This document shows, one piece after another, positions 51,775-62,317 of a stretch of 64,000 nucleotides of DNA (positions are counted from its first letter, which is position 1; the number at the start of each line of letters is the position of its first letter). The stretch is from NCBI GenBank assembly GCA_965249595.1, contig OZ252242.1, positions 1,718,158-1,782,157 on the forward strand. Reading direction: 5' to 3'. The stretch is from Chloroflexota bacterium. Its GTDB lineage: Bacteria; Chloroflexota; UBA11872; VXNJ01. The position numbers and the translations under genes are program-made. The notes under the pieces were generated by a model. It was not told the origin of the DNA and made no database searches. It saw only the letters and a program-made list of their open reading frames with translations.

Positions 51775-52422
51775 TTAGTACATGTGCTGCATGGCAGCGG
51801 CGACCGAGTATTCGATATCGCGGATCGCCTGGGTCATCGCCCGACCGATGAGATCGAGCTTGCGGACCTGATCGATGCGAGGGGTCGCCGCGCCGAGTTC
51901 GCGGGTAGAGAGCAGTTCATGGAATATTCCGCAGGCATCGGCCAGGCAGATGATCATCACATCGCGCGGGTGCGGGATCTGTTCGCTGAATAGGACCTCC
52001 ATGATCCGCAGTTTCACCTCACGCTCGGCCTTACCGTCGATCAGCGGGTAGCGCCGAGACCTAAACACCCAGAGGAAGCGATCGTCCAGAGCTTCCAGGA
52101 TTCCGCCCGCCACCAGACGATTCAGTGCCGTTTCGCGGATTGAATCGGCGTTGTCGGCTGTTCGCTCGACCCAGAAGCGGGTGTCATGCTGGCCTCCGGC
52201 GGCAATATCGGCCAGCGTCGGGTCAAGCAGGTCATCGCCCACCGGTTCGTCATTGACCAAAACCAGATGCTCAAGGTCAGTATCGATGCGGTTTTCCAGG
52301 GCTAAGTCCATCAAGACACCGCCGGCGATGGCGTACTTGCGCGACAGGTCAGAAACATTGACAAACCGTCCGTCGTCGTCTCTAAGCAGAAGAAGAAGGA
52401 TTTCCTCAACGAATCTGAGCAT
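51775..52422 (-). CDS. GPP34/GOLPH3-family protein
   Basis: N-terminal EEILLLLLRDDDGRF...YAIAGGVLMDLALENRI pattern. Confidence 0.55.
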   Translation of the reverse strand: MLRFVEEILLLLLRDDDGRFVNVSDLSRKYAIAGGVLMDLALENRIDTDLEHLVLVNDEPVGDDLLDPTLADIAAGGQHDTRFWVERTADNADSIRETALNRLVAGGILEALDDRFLWVFRSRRYPLIDGKAEREVKLRIMEVLFSEQIPHPRDVMIICLADACGIFHELLSTRELGAATPRIDQVRKLDLIGRAMTQAIRDIEYSVAAAMQHMY

Positions 52423-52867
52423 GCCGTAAGCCTTTCCGTTGCTGCCCGCCAGCGAAGGAGCAGCGAATTGTCCGCAAAGTGAAATTATTGACCCCGGGCC
52501 CAGAATCGGTCGACTCGAAATTGGCTTCGGCGGCGGCGCTCAGCTCCCGGGTGCTGATGCATTATCAGGGCATGGATCAATTTGCGCCGCGAATGCAAGT
52601 CAAATTCAGGCGCCGGTGTTTTCGAAATCAAATTGAAGAGTTAGCGTAAGCGGAACGAACGCTGAGCAAACGGCACCTTTGCCAGCCCGGCGGAAATTTC
52701 GAAATTGGAAAGCGCTCCAGCGCCCGCGGCGGCAAAAGCTGGGCCCGCTGTTCGCGGCGAGGGCAACCGATTCCGACAATTCGCTCGGCGAACGCCCGCA
52801 GTCGGCGTCGTATTGAGCTCTATTGCCGAGGTTTGTCAAATAGGTCGAGCGCAAATCGCCCTATCAA

Positions 52868-53896
52868 TTACCAACCGATGTCGTAGCTGAGCAATTTGGC
52901 GTTGACGATCGTGATCAGGCCGATAACGATGAACAGGACAAACGAGAGCGCAGCGGCGAATCCCATCTTCAGGTTCAGAAATGCTTCCAGGTAGATGAGC
53001 ACGACGAGCGTAACCGTCGCATCGACCGGTCCGCCGCAGCTCCGTGTCAGGGAGTCGCCGCAGGTCATGATGAAAACTTGGACGAACATCTGTAGCGCGC
53101 CGATGAAGTAGACGATCACCACAAAGTAAGTCGTGGGCGCCAGCAGCGGTATAACAATCTTGAAGAACTTCGAAAGCCGGCCGGCCCCGTCGATATCGGC
53201 CGCCTCATAGAGATGCGGCGGGATTCCCTGCAATCCGGCCAGGTAAATGACCATATTCAGCCCCATGTTTTTCCAGATCGACATGAGGACGATCGCCAGC
53301 AGGGCGGTGTCTTGATTGAGCATCCACTTGATTGGCGGTTGATCAAGGACCCGCATGAATTCGCCGGTCAAGCCAATCTGGGGCTCGTAAATCCACAGAA
53401 AAATTATTGACACCGCCACGAATGAGGAGACCACCGGCATGTAGAACATCGCCCGGAAGAAATAAATCCCGCGGATCGCCCGATTGATCAATACGGACAG
53501 GAGAAGGGAAGTAAATACTCCGGCCGGAACCGTTCCCACGGCAAACAGCATGGTATTGCGAATCGCTGGCAAAAATCGCGGCTCGGCACCGATTTTGATG
53601 TAGTTGGAAAGCCCGTTCCACTCCGGCGCCGTGAGCAGGTCGTACTTGTTAAACGAGTAGTAAAGAGCGCTGATGATCGGGACAATTATGAAAATTGAAA
53701 TAAAAACGATTGACGGCAACACGAACAGATAAGCCGACAGGCCGCCACGGTAGGTAAATCCCATCCGGTGCCGCCAAGTCCTTGACGTACGTTTCGAAGT
53801 AACCGCCATTGCCCCACTCGCCATTAACGGGCCGCAACATCCAATTTCATTATGCGGTGGCCAGTTCCGTAATGCGTCATCGGATATTGAAATCAT
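52868..53896 (-). CDS. Carbohydrate ABC transporter permease, UgpA/MalF-type (paralogue 1)
   Basis: EAA loop EAADIDGAGRLSKFFKIVIPLLAPT, six TM helices, N-terminal YLFVLPSIVFISIF...YYSFNKYDLL. Confidence 0.8.
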   Translation of the reverse strand: MISISDDALRNWPPHNEIGCCGPLMASGAMAVTSKRTSRTWRHRMGFTYRGGLSAYLFVLPSIVFISIFIIVPIISALYYSFNKYDLLTAPEWNGLSNYIKIGAEPRFLPAIRNTMLFAVGTVPAGVFTSLLLSVLINRAIRGIYFFRAMFYMPVVSSFVAVSIIFLWIYEPQIGLTGEFMRVLDQPPIKWMLNQDTALLAIVLMSIWKNMGLNMVIYLAGLQGIPPHLYEAADIDGAGRLSKFFKIVIPLLAPTTYFVVIVYFIGALQMFVQVFIMTCGDSLTRSCGGPVDATVTLVVLIYLEAFLNLKMGFAAALSFVLFIVIGLITIVNAKLLSYDIGW

Positions 53897-54423
53897 CGAC
53901 TAGGGCACTTGCCAGGGTGTAGCCAACGCCATCGCCGCTGCCTGTGCTGATCGCGGCCGTACTTGCAGGCACGATTCAAAAACCGGACCATCACCGCCGT
54001 TGCGCCAAACAAGTAGATCCTGGCAATCCCGGTCGTTGTTGCTCCATGGCGGCGACGAACTCCTGCGGCCGCGGGCTTTCGATGTGCCCCCATAGCCCGC
54101 GGCGGCCTTGCCGCGACCGGGCGCGGTGGTCGGCCAATTGATCCTGACCGGTCCCCGATCCAGTGGCCGGAAAGCCGCTCAACCAGGTTAGGTCAGGCCC
54201 GTCCAAGCGTCGATGGTCTACCCGAAACTGAAAGACGCGCGGATCTGGTTACACGTCGCAGATCCAGTCGCTGCCGATCAGGTGATGGGCATTTGAATCA
54301 GGGCTCGGGCTAACTAATTCATTGGGGATTATCTACTTCACCTAGACACTTTGCTCGGCCCTGCGATAGTTGGTACTAGGGCTTAACCCCCTTTACCGTA
54401 TGTGGTATACAGGGGGCGGGCAA

Positions 54424-54588
54424 ATGCAGGATTCGTCAGGCGACGCCAAGAAGCAGTCGCGCCGCGCACGTAGCAGCGGCAAACCTTCGGCTAAGTTTCT
54501 TAGCGGCGCCAAGGAATTGGCGCGGGCGATCTTTCGCGATGCGGACCGGAAGCGGCGAAGGAAGCCGAAACGCAGCTCAGACAGTTAG
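54424..54588 (+). CDS. Small highly basic hypothetical protein (54 aa)
   Basis: ATG preceded by AGGGGG at 7 nt; Lys/Arg-rich (KKQSRRARSSGKP...RKRRRKPKRSS). Confidence 0.3.
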   Translation: MQDSSGDAKKQSRRARSSGKPSAKFLSGAKELARAIFRDADRKRRRKPKRSSDS

Positions 54589-54611
54589 CAACTTGGCGGG
54601 CCCCTTTTCCG

Positions 54612-56522
54612 CTAGCGTCGCCCGACAAGAACTTGCCGGTCGTCGTTATATCCAATCAGAACCGCGCGGGTGGTGCGTGAATTGACCGGTTGAACAGCGA
54701 CACCCAGTTTTGCCGGGCCCGTTGCATCACCAAAGCCTGTCGCACCCACAGCCACCTGGAACAACTCTTCAAGGTTGTCCCGGAGGTTCCGCCACCACTC
54801 CCGGTCCGATCTATGGTCCGGTACGAAGTGGACTGCGTATGCTCCGTCCTCCTCCACCATGAGCCGCCCAGCCAGAGTCACCACGCGGCCAAAGGGGATC
54901 GCTTCGAGAACCTGCGACGGGTCGCGTACGTTCACCCGCTGCACGTACTCGCCCCGATTCATCTCCACCACCAGATCGTAGGTGTCCTGGAACACGACCG
55001 TGCCACCGACCCTCACGCACTCATCGCGGAACACGTCGCCGGCCACCGCAATCTGCGCGTGCGTCGGGATCGCGGGAGAGTCCAAGGGACACGGTTTATC
55101 GCGAGGCGAGACCACATCGAGGCTGAACAGGACGACCAAGACCACCACCCCTACGCCTACCAGGCTTACCACCCATATGAAGCACCCGCGCAGGCCCCCG
55201 CCGCTCTTCGGTTCCTCAATCAGTCTTTCTCCCTTGTATTGTTGAAACCCGCCCGATGGTGGTGGTGGCGCACCTTCCCAAGAACTGTGCTGTGAATCCG
55301 GATCACGGGCTATGTCCTGGATTTCGTCGGCGGTCTCCCTGTGCACGGCCTTCCCGGTATCCGGCGACTCCAATTCAAGTAGCTCGAGCTCATGACCAAT
55401 CCCCGCGGCCGCTTTCGCCGCATCGCCCGACCTTCCGCTCAGGTACCACTCCGGCGCGTGCATGAAACCGTGATAGGCCGCGTCCAGGTCGGCGCCCTGC
55501 AGGGAGGATGCGCTGCCGGATCCAAACCACGGCGGAGCCGAGCCTGCCACGTCAAGCCATGGCTGGGCCACATTCAGCGCCACGGCATAGGGCAACATGG
55601 AAGCAGCTTGGTGCAGGGCATAGGGCGGGGCAGATCCGGCCAGCGTCTTTTTCCAGCCCAGCCACTGACTTATCTCATCCGCTCCCCTCTGCGTTGTCGG
55701 CACCATGCCGGTTCGTATCGACGGCGCCATCACCAAATATGCGAAACCTGTGAACGCGCCGATCAGGGCGTTCGCCCACCACTGGTCCAGCCACAGAGCC
55801 GCCCAAAGCCCGCTGCCAACGCCCATCAAGGCGCCGGCCAGCATCCCCCATCCGATTGCATCGTCGTCGTTTTCCCTCCTGACTCGCAACGGATTGTCAT
55901 GGAAAAGGCCGCGATGCTGCAGGTAGTCCCCTATCTGGTCGCCGATGGCATCCTCGCGCTTCTTTACCGCTTCATGGAGCGCATCAACAGTTGTGGCGCG
56001 CGACGGCATGCTTTCGCATATCGTCCGCTCCCAGTCATGCTGTACGGGAGCCTGCCTAGACAGCCGGTACAGGAAGCCGACCCTTGTTCCGACGGCTTCG
56101 ATTCGCAGCGTGCCGCGCTGGCACATCTCGATGATGGAGGCCAGCAGCGTCGGACTCCATATCATGTGGCCTTCCAGCGCAGATACCGCCGCCGCGGGCA
56201 TTGAACCGGGTTGTGGGGGGCCCGAGTCCCACGGGCGTCGATGCTCCTCGGACGCCTGCGGGGGCCGGAACTTGGGCCACAACCACAGCACGATGATGAG
56301 CAGCTGCGCTACGACTACGCCTATCGTGCGGAAGCCCCAGACCGCCAGCTGCTTCCAGTCCATCTCCCGGAATTCGGGAAAGCCGCTTTCGGCGATTACC
56401 CCGCCTGGGTCCATCGCGAAAAGCAAGCTGATGGCGGCAAGGGCCGCCACTGCTGTCACCGAACTCACAATGGCCTTCCTTCCTTCTCGGTTCGCACTGC
56501 TTGACTTGACTCCGCCGGACAA
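54612..56522 (-). CDS. DUF2207-like polytopic membrane protein with extra C-terminal TM plus extracytoplasmic domain (tentative)
   Basis: TLLASIIEMCQRGTLRIEAVG...FLYRLSRQ, LPYAVALNVAQPW and a Gly-rich PPSGGFQQ...GGGL region resemble the DUF2207 core. Additional TM FIWVVSLVGVGVVVLVVLFSL plus a 190-aa tail. Confidence 0.45.
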   Translation of the reverse strand: MSGGVKSSSANREGRKAIVSSVTAVAALAAISLLFAMDPGGVIAESGFPEFREMDWKQLAVWGFRTIGVVVAQLLIIVLWLWPKFRPPQASEEHRRPWDSGPPQPGSMPAAAVSALEGHMIWSPTLLASIIEMCQRGTLRIEAVGTRVGFLYRLSRQAPVQHDWERTICESMPSRATTVDALHEAVKKREDAIGDQIGDYLQHRGLFHDNPLRVRRENDDDAIGWGMLAGALMGVGSGLWAALWLDQWWANALIGAFTGFAYLVMAPSIRTGMVPTTQRGADEISQWLGWKKTLAGSAPPYALHQAASMLPYAVALNVAQPWLDVAGSAPPWFGSGSASSLQGADLDAAYHGFMHAPEWYLSGRSGDAAKAAAGIGHELELLELESPDTGKAVHRETADEIQDIARDPDSQHSSWEGAPPPPSGGFQQYKGERLIEEPKSGGGLRGCFIWVVSLVGVGVVVLVVLFSLDVVSPRDKPCPLDSPAIPTHAQIAVAGDVFRDECVRVGGTVVFQDTYDLVVEMNRGEYVQRVNVRDPSQVLEAIPFGRVVTLAGRLMVEEDGAYAVHFVPDHRSDREWWRNLRDNLEELFQVAVGATGFGDATGPAKLGVAVQPVNSRTTRAVLIGYNDDRQVLVGRR

Positions 56523-56894
56523 CCGCCTTTCAGACTACTTTTGGGAGAGCAGTTGTCGCCAGGCGATACGTGCGCACAGCAACGCTGTCGGCTGCGCGAT
56601 TGAATAGAAATCGGCAGCCCCCTTCCTTTATGGAAGACCCGTTACGATGTCGGCGTCAATTTCCGCTGGGAGCGAGTCTGGTCGATCGGCTGCGACTCGG
56701 CGCCGAAAATCATGTGTATGAGATCCGCCGGGCATTTTGAGATGCAGTCGGCGTAGGTCTAGTTACGTATATAAACGCCAATTCATTACTGCCGGTCGCT
56801 GCCCGAAGACAACTGCGATAAAGCTGCGTTGCTCATGCCGAGATACCGCGAAATTTGATTTCGTCAATATTGATTTCGGCCAAGGGACCCCTGG

Positions 56895-57845
56895 TCACCA
56901 GCCAATTTCATAGCTGAGCAACTTGGCATTTACGATCGTGACCAACGCGATAACGATGAACAGCGCGAATGACAGGGCGGCGGCAAATCCCATCTTCAGA
57001 GCCAGGAATGCCTCCAGATAGATGAGCATGACGATCGTGATCGTTGAATCGACCGGTCCGCCACATATCCTCGTGCCGTCATCGCAGGCCATTATGAAAA
57101 CCTGGGTGAACATCTGCAGGGCGCCGATGAAATAGACGATCACCACGAAATAGGTCGTAGGCGCCAGCAGCGGGATAACTATCTTGAAGAATTTGGATAT
57201 TCGACCGGCCCCGTCGATGTCGGCCGCCTCGTAGAGATGCGGCGGAATTCCCTGCAGGCCGGCCAGGTAGATGACCATGTTGAGGCCCATGTTCTTCCAG
57301 ACCGACATGAGGATGATTGCCAACAGCGCGGTGTCGGCGCTTTGCATCCAGCGAATTGGCGGCTGGTCGATGATCCGGAGGAGTTCACCGATCAAGCCGA
57401 AATGGGGTTCATAAATCCAAAGAAAGATAACCGAGACGGCCACGAAGGACGATACAACCGGCATGTAGAACAATGCCCGGAAGAAATAAATCCCGCGGAT
57501 CGCCCGATTGATCAATACGGCCAGCAGCAGCGAGGTGACCACCCCCGTCGGAACGGTTCCGAAGGCGAACAGCAAGGTGTTGCGGATCGACGGCGGGAAT
57601 CGCGGTTCGGTCGAGATTTTTAGGTAGTTGTCAATCCCGTTAAACACCGGCGCCGTGAGCAGGTCGTATTTGTTAAACGAGTAGTAAAGGGCGCCGATGA
57701 TCGGAACGATCACGAACAGCATGATCAATAGGATCGAAGGCAGCACGAACAGGTAGGCCGCCAATCCGCCGCGGTGTGATATCCCCAGCCGCTGCCGCAT
57801 AGTCCGGCGCGGCGGTTTACTTACTGCTGCCACCACACATCCCAA
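56895..57845 (-). CDS. Carbohydrate ABC transporter permease, UgpA/MalF-type (paralogue 2)
   Basis: About 80% aa identity to paralogue 1; same EAADIDGAGRISKFFKIVIPLLAPT motif. Confidence 0.8.
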   Translation of the reverse strand: MGCVVAAVSKPPRRTMRQRLGISHRGGLAAYLFVLPSILLIMLFVIVPIIGALYYSFNKYDLLTAPVFNGIDNYLKISTEPRFPPSIRNTLLFAFGTVPTGVVTSLLLAVLINRAIRGIYFFRALFYMPVVSSFVAVSVIFLWIYEPHFGLIGELLRIIDQPPIRWMQSADTALLAIILMSVWKNMGLNMVIYLAGLQGIPPHLYEAADIDGAGRISKFFKIVIPLLAPTTYFVVIVYFIGALQMFTQVFIMACDDGTRICGGPVDSTITIVMLIYLEAFLALKMGFAAALSFALFIVIALVTIVNAKLLSYEIGW

Positions 57846-57942
57846 TCAGGCCATCTGAACCTCTGAGTTGCGCCCGCGCCATTATCTCTTGCAAGGGTGA
57901 GCCGTCAACCAGGGTCAACGTTTCACATCTGATCAGTTTCGA

Positions 57943-58623
57943 TCAGCGCAATAAGCCCCGCGCAATTTTTCGCGCCACGATCCGGCGAACTTCGCCATCG
58001 AGGCTGCCATTCTCTTGCGCCAGTTCGGCCAGGCCGCCACCGGCCAGCAGAATCGCCCAGCGGTAAATGCCCTCCGCGTAAGCCGACCCGCCGTCCAAGA
58101 CCGGCGCGTCGGTTAGCACTTCGTCAAGCAACTCGATGACGACCCTGGCAATGCGCTCATGGAAGCGGACCGAAACGGCGTCGGCGTCGTCGCCCTGGTG
58201 GAGGGATTCCTGGAACCAGGCCATGCCGTTTAGGTGCCGGCTGCGGGTGCGCGGGTAGAAGGAGGCCATCAGGTTCCAGGGATCGGCGCCGGGCCGCATA
58301 TCTCCGCCATGACGAAAATCGGTCCGCAAGATCACTGCAGGAACATCCAGGGTCTTGGCGTACATGTACTCCACGACGGTGCCCGAATCAAGTTCCGAGC
58401 CATCGAAGTTAAACAGCGCCAGATCGCATTCCATCACCGCCTGCAGGTCGCGGTCGCGTATCAGCATCGGCGAGGATTTCCGCTGCTCAAAATCCTGCGG
58501 CAGGACGCACTTGTAGCGGCCCTCGGAGGTTTCATCAATCCGCGCTCCGAGCAGGGCGTTGCCGGCCAGGTCCTTGTGGTCCATCAGGGGCCCGGCGAAA
58601 TAAATGGTGTAGGGCTCGGTCAT
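57943..58623 (-). CDS. Nucleoside 2-deoxyribosyltransferase-like protein
   Basis: YTIYFAGPLMDHKD and DSGTVVEYMYAKTLDVPAVIL resemble NDT-family motifs (IYLAGPLF ... DSGTAFEIGYA..GKPV). Confidence 0.5.
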   Translation of the reverse strand: MTEPYTIYFAGPLMDHKDLAGNALLGARIDETSEGRYKCVLPQDFEQRKSSPMLIRDRDLQAVMECDLALFNFDGSELDSGTVVEYMYAKTLDVPAVILRTDFRHGGDMRPGADPWNLMASFYPRTRSRHLNGMAWFQESLHQGDDADAVSVRFHERIARVVIELLDEVLTDAPVLDGGSAYAEGIYRWAILLAGGGLAELAQENGSLDGEVRRIVARKIARGLLR

Positions 58624-58841
58624 GGGTTTTGTCGCCTGGAACGGATGTTCGCTTGCCCGTCGCTTTTATAAGCCCCGAAGATCTGTCGCCAGTAGGTCGG
58701 GCACGGTGCGATTGCCTTCCATTTTCCGACAACCCGGCGGTGCGATTTCATTTTCAAACCGGTTGCCAGCGGGGGCCGAGGCAATTTCCCAAGCCCGGCT
58801 GGAACTGCCCAAACGCTGCTCAGTCGAATATTTGGGGGCGA

Positions 58842-59885
58842 TCAGTAACCGATTTCATAGCTGAGCACCTTGGCGTTAACGAGCGTTATCAAAGCGATAA
58901 CCGCGAACAGGATCACCGAAATGGCCGCCGCGTAGCCCATTTTCAAGTTGATGAACGCCTGGGCATAGATGTGCATCACGATGGTGATCGTCGAATCGAG
59001 TGGTCCGCCGCAAATGCCCTGCCCGGTCAGGCAGGTCATGACGAATACCTGGGTGAACATCTGCAGGGCGCCGATGAAGTAGACGATCACCACAAAGTAG
59101 GTCGTGGGCGCCAGCAGCGGAACGACGATCTGGAAAAATTTTGACAATCGGCCGGCCCCGTCAATTTCGGCTGCCTCATAGAGATGCGGTGGGATCCCCT
59201 GCAATCCGGCCAGGTAGATGACCATGTTGAGGCCCATGTTCTTCCAGACCGACATCACGATGATGGAAATCAGTGCGGTATCCGGGCTGCGCAACCATTT
59301 GAGCCCAGGCAAGTCCATGGACCGCAGCGCCTGATTACCGATTCCAAATTGCGGTTCGTAGATCCAGAGAAAAATTACCGCCACCGCCACAAACGACGAG
59401 ACGACCGGCATGTAGAACATCGCCCTGTAGAAATAGATCCCGCGGATTGAGCGGTCGATCAGCACCGCCAGCAACAGCGACGAGACCACGCCGGCCGGTA
59501 CCGTTCCGGCGGCAAACAGCAAGGTGTTGCGCATGGCCGGCAAAAACCTAAGGTCTTTTCCAACCGCCGCGTAATTGCCAAGGCCGGTCAGTTCGGGCTG
59601 GGTTAGCAGGTCGTAATCGGTAAGCGAGTAATAGACCGCACCAAAAATGGGAACTATTACAAATAGACCGATAAAAATGATCGACGGAAGGACAAACCAG
59701 TAGGCGGTTAATCCACCGCGGCTGGTGAGCCCCAATTTGCGACGCCAGGTCATCCTGGGCGCATCGGCCAATGCGATCAATACATTTCTGCTGCTGCGGG
59801 CCCTGGCAATTATCCCGGTATTGCAAATCGCGCCTGCCCGCTTGGGTGCCGGCCCTCTTAATCCAGATGGGCCAACGCTGCCCAC
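58842..59885 (-). CDS. Carbohydrate ABC transporter permease, UgpA/MalF-type (paralogue 3)
   Basis: EAAEIDGAGRLSKFFQIVVPLLAPT; about 70-75% aa identity to paralogues 1 and 2. Confidence 0.8.
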   Translation of the reverse strand: MGSVGPSGLRGPAPKRAGAICNTGIIARARSSRNVLIALADAPRMTWRRKLGLTSRGGLTAYWFVLPSIIFIGLFVIVPIFGAVYYSLTDYDLLTQPELTGLGNYAAVGKDLRFLPAMRNTLLFAAGTVPAGVVSSLLLAVLIDRSIRGIYFYRAMFYMPVVSSFVAVAVIFLWIYEPQFGIGNQALRSMDLPGLKWLRSPDTALISIIVMSVWKNMGLNMVIYLAGLQGIPPHLYEAAEIDGAGRLSKFFQIVVPLLAPTTYFVVIVYFIGALQMFTQVFVMTCLTGQGICGGPLDSTITIVMHIYAQAFINLKMGYAAAISVILFAVIALITLVNAKVLSYEIGY

Positions 59886-60036
59886 TGGTAACCGCGAAGC
59901 AAGGGGCGTTGGCCAACCAATGGCGCCCGAATCGCCCTAAGGTCGGAAGATGTTTCAACAGGCGGCGATTCGCCCTTGGGCCAGGCCAGGAATTTTGTAA
60001 TTACCCTGAAATAAGCCGATTCGAAAGGCGAAGACG

Positions 60037-61218
60037 ATGGCCCGCCAACCGCAACTTCTCAATTACGAACGGGCCATGGCCAATCTGGCCAGCAACCGCT
60101 ATGACGTCCTGCTCGCCGGCGGGTATGTCAACTTCGGTTACCTGACCGATTTCTTCACCCACTTTGGTCGCGATTTTCCGGGTCCACTCTACAACGGGTT
60201 GCCGCTGGTCCGTTTCGCCGGCCTGCCCTCTGACCCTTCGCTGCCGCCGTTCTATGTAACCTGCCCCGACGAGGAGGAGGATGCGGTGCTGCAGGGAAGC
60301 TGGATAGCCGACGGGCAATTTGTGGGGCCGGCTTCGGAACTGCCGGGGCCGGGATCGGTCCCCAATACCATTGCCGAGCCCTACCTCGCCGTGGCCGAGG
60401 CTCTTCGCCAGCGCGGGTTGGCCGATGGGGTCATTGGAGTGGACTTGGCCGACATTTCGGCTCTGACCGCCGAGCGCCTGGGCGCCGCCCTGCCCAATGC
60501 CCGGATCGTCAATGCCAGCGCGGTCTTCGGAACCATTCGTCAGGTCAAAACGGCCAATGAAATTGAACGGCTGTGCGGTGCGGTGCGCGGCAGCGAACGG
60601 GGTCACGCGGCGGCGGCGGCGGCAATGCGGCCGGGCATAAGTGAACGCGAACTGGCGGGTTCTATACGTGCTGCGATCGCCGACGCCGACACCGCAAGCT
60701 ACATATTGCACCTTAGCGCCGGCGGTCTGACCGCCACCGTGCTGCCGCCGACCGACCGTCAGTTGGAGCAAAACAGCATCGTTGCGGTCGACGTCGGCTG
60801 CATTCACCGCAACTACACAGGCGACAAGTTTCACATCTACGCACTGGGCAGTCCGCCGCCGCAGGCCTATGAAATCCATGCCCGGCTGGATGAGGTCAAC
60901 GCCACATTGATCGAGTCGCTTCGGCCCGGGATAACCGGTGGGCAACTTTTCAATATCGGGCGCAAGGGGCTGGAAGATCGCGGTCTCGACCTGGCCGGCG
61001 CATTCGTCGGCCATGGGATCGGGATTGACATCCACGAGGACCCGTACCTCTCGCCGGGTGTCAACGACCGCCTCGAAGAAGGGATGGTCATCGTCCTGGA
61101 GGCCGGAACTCGAAACGAGCAATTGGGTCACTTTTGCTCGGAAATTACGTGCCTGATCACCCATGATGGTTGCCAATTGCTAACCCAGATGGGCCACTCG
61201 ATTACCAACGTCACTTAG
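60037..61218 (+). CDS. M24-family metallopeptidase (Xaa-Pro aminopeptidase/creatinase-like)
   Basis: Pita-bread fold motifs HGIGIDIHEDP, VLEAG and the D..D..H..E..E metal ligands. Confidence 0.8.
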   Translation: MARQPQLLNYERAMANLASNRYDVLLAGGYVNFGYLTDFFTHFGRDFPGPLYNGLPLVRFAGLPSDPSLPPFYVTCPDEEEDAVLQGSWIADGQFVGPASELPGPGSVPNTIAEPYLAVAEALRQRGLADGVIGVDLADISALTAERLGAALPNARIVNASAVFGTIRQVKTANEIERLCGAVRGSERGHAAAAAAMRPGISERELAGSIRAAIADADTASYILHLSAGGLTATVLPPTDRQLEQNSIVAVDVGCIHRNYTGDKFHIYALGSPPPQAYEIHARLDEVNATLIESLRPGITGGQLFNIGRKGLEDRGLDLAGAFVGHGIGIDIHEDPYLSPGVNDRLEEGMVIVLEAGTRNEQLGHFCSEITCLITHDGCQLLTQMGHSITNVT

Positions 61219-61401
61219 CCGGCTGGCGGTGCGGTTCTTAAGATTGCAGCCGCTCAAATGGGCCCAAACCGATTTGGAGGCCTTTAGGAGCCCGGGCAAC
61301 CAATTTCCGTCGCTGCCGGCGGCTTATGGGCTTTTCAATCACCCCTCGGCGGCCGGCTCCACGTTGGAAACCAGACGGCGGAATCGATTTACCGCCGGGT
61401 A

Positions 61402-62283
61402 CTAGTTGTAATCTCCGTGGGCCCCGGTTCCGCTGGGATCGACAAGTTCATCGGCCCCGCAGAGATAGCGCCACCAGCGGGCTCGCTCGCCCACCGCCCA
61501 GGCCGATTCACCGGTGAGCACATGGGTGTCTTTGGCGCTTAAGAAATGGCGTCGAATCTCCGGGCTGTCCCAGCCCTCGGTATTGAAAATTTTGCGCTGT
61601 TCTACCCGCGGGTTGTAACGGATCTTGAACATGTAGCGATAGCGGTCGGTCTCGTTGGTCTGGGCGCAGTGCCAGAGCCCTTCGTGCAGGAAACAAATCC
61701 GTCCGCCGCGGCCAGCGAGGCGGCGCTGCCCGACGATGTTCTTGTAACGCCCGGTGTCAGGGCCCATCATTGAGCGAAGGTGGGACCCGGGCAGGACCAG
61801 CGTGGGGCCCATTTCCACTGGTACGTCATGGGTGAAATAGGCGGTGAGGATATCGAACGAGTAGGGGTGGACGCCGGGCAGGCGGATCTGGCGTCTCCCG
61901 CCGGAGTCCACATGCCAGAGCTGGGCTTCCTGCTGGTAGGGATAGGTAACGTGCAGGGCGGAATGGTTTTGAGCGTAACCCGGACCCAGCAGGCTTTGCA
62001 GGGCTCCGCGAATTGCCGGCAGCTCGTGGATATCCTGCATCGCCGTTGAATAGTCGTAAAAACCATTCTTGTTGTCGGTGATGTGCCAGGCGAATTCACG
62101 CTTACGGCCGTCGTCATCCACCGCCGTCAGCTCGTCGGCGAGGGCTCGTTCATTGAGTTCGTCCGGGATCAGATCGTCAAATTCAAGGTATCCATCGATG
62201 ACGAAACGAGCCATCTGCTCAGCCGTTAGCAGGTGTTCGGGCCCCACCGCCGCGGCGGATTCGGCGATATCAACGGTTGCCAC
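61402..62283 (-). CDS. Phytanoyl-CoA dioxygenase (PhyH)-family Fe(II)/2OG oxygenase
   Basis: HVDSGG (H-x-D) facial triad region and family-wide similarity. Confidence 0.7.
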   Translation of the reverse strand: MATVDIAESAAAVGPEHLLTAEQMARFVIDGYLEFDDLIPDELNERALADELTAVDDDGRKREFAWHITDNKNGFYDYSTAMQDIHELPAIRGALQSLLGPGYAQNHSALHVTYPYQQEAQLWHVDSGGRRQIRLPGVHPYSFDILTAYFTHDVPVEMGPTLVLPGSHLRSMMGPDTGRYKNIVGQRRLAGRGGRICFLHEGLWHCAQTNETDRYRYMFKIRYNPRVEQRKIFNTEGWDSPEIRRHFLSAKDTHVLTGESAWAVGERARWWRYLCGADELVDPSGTGAHGDYN

Positions 62284-62317
62284 GAATCACCTCTTTTACG
62301 GGAATTGCCGGATTTGC

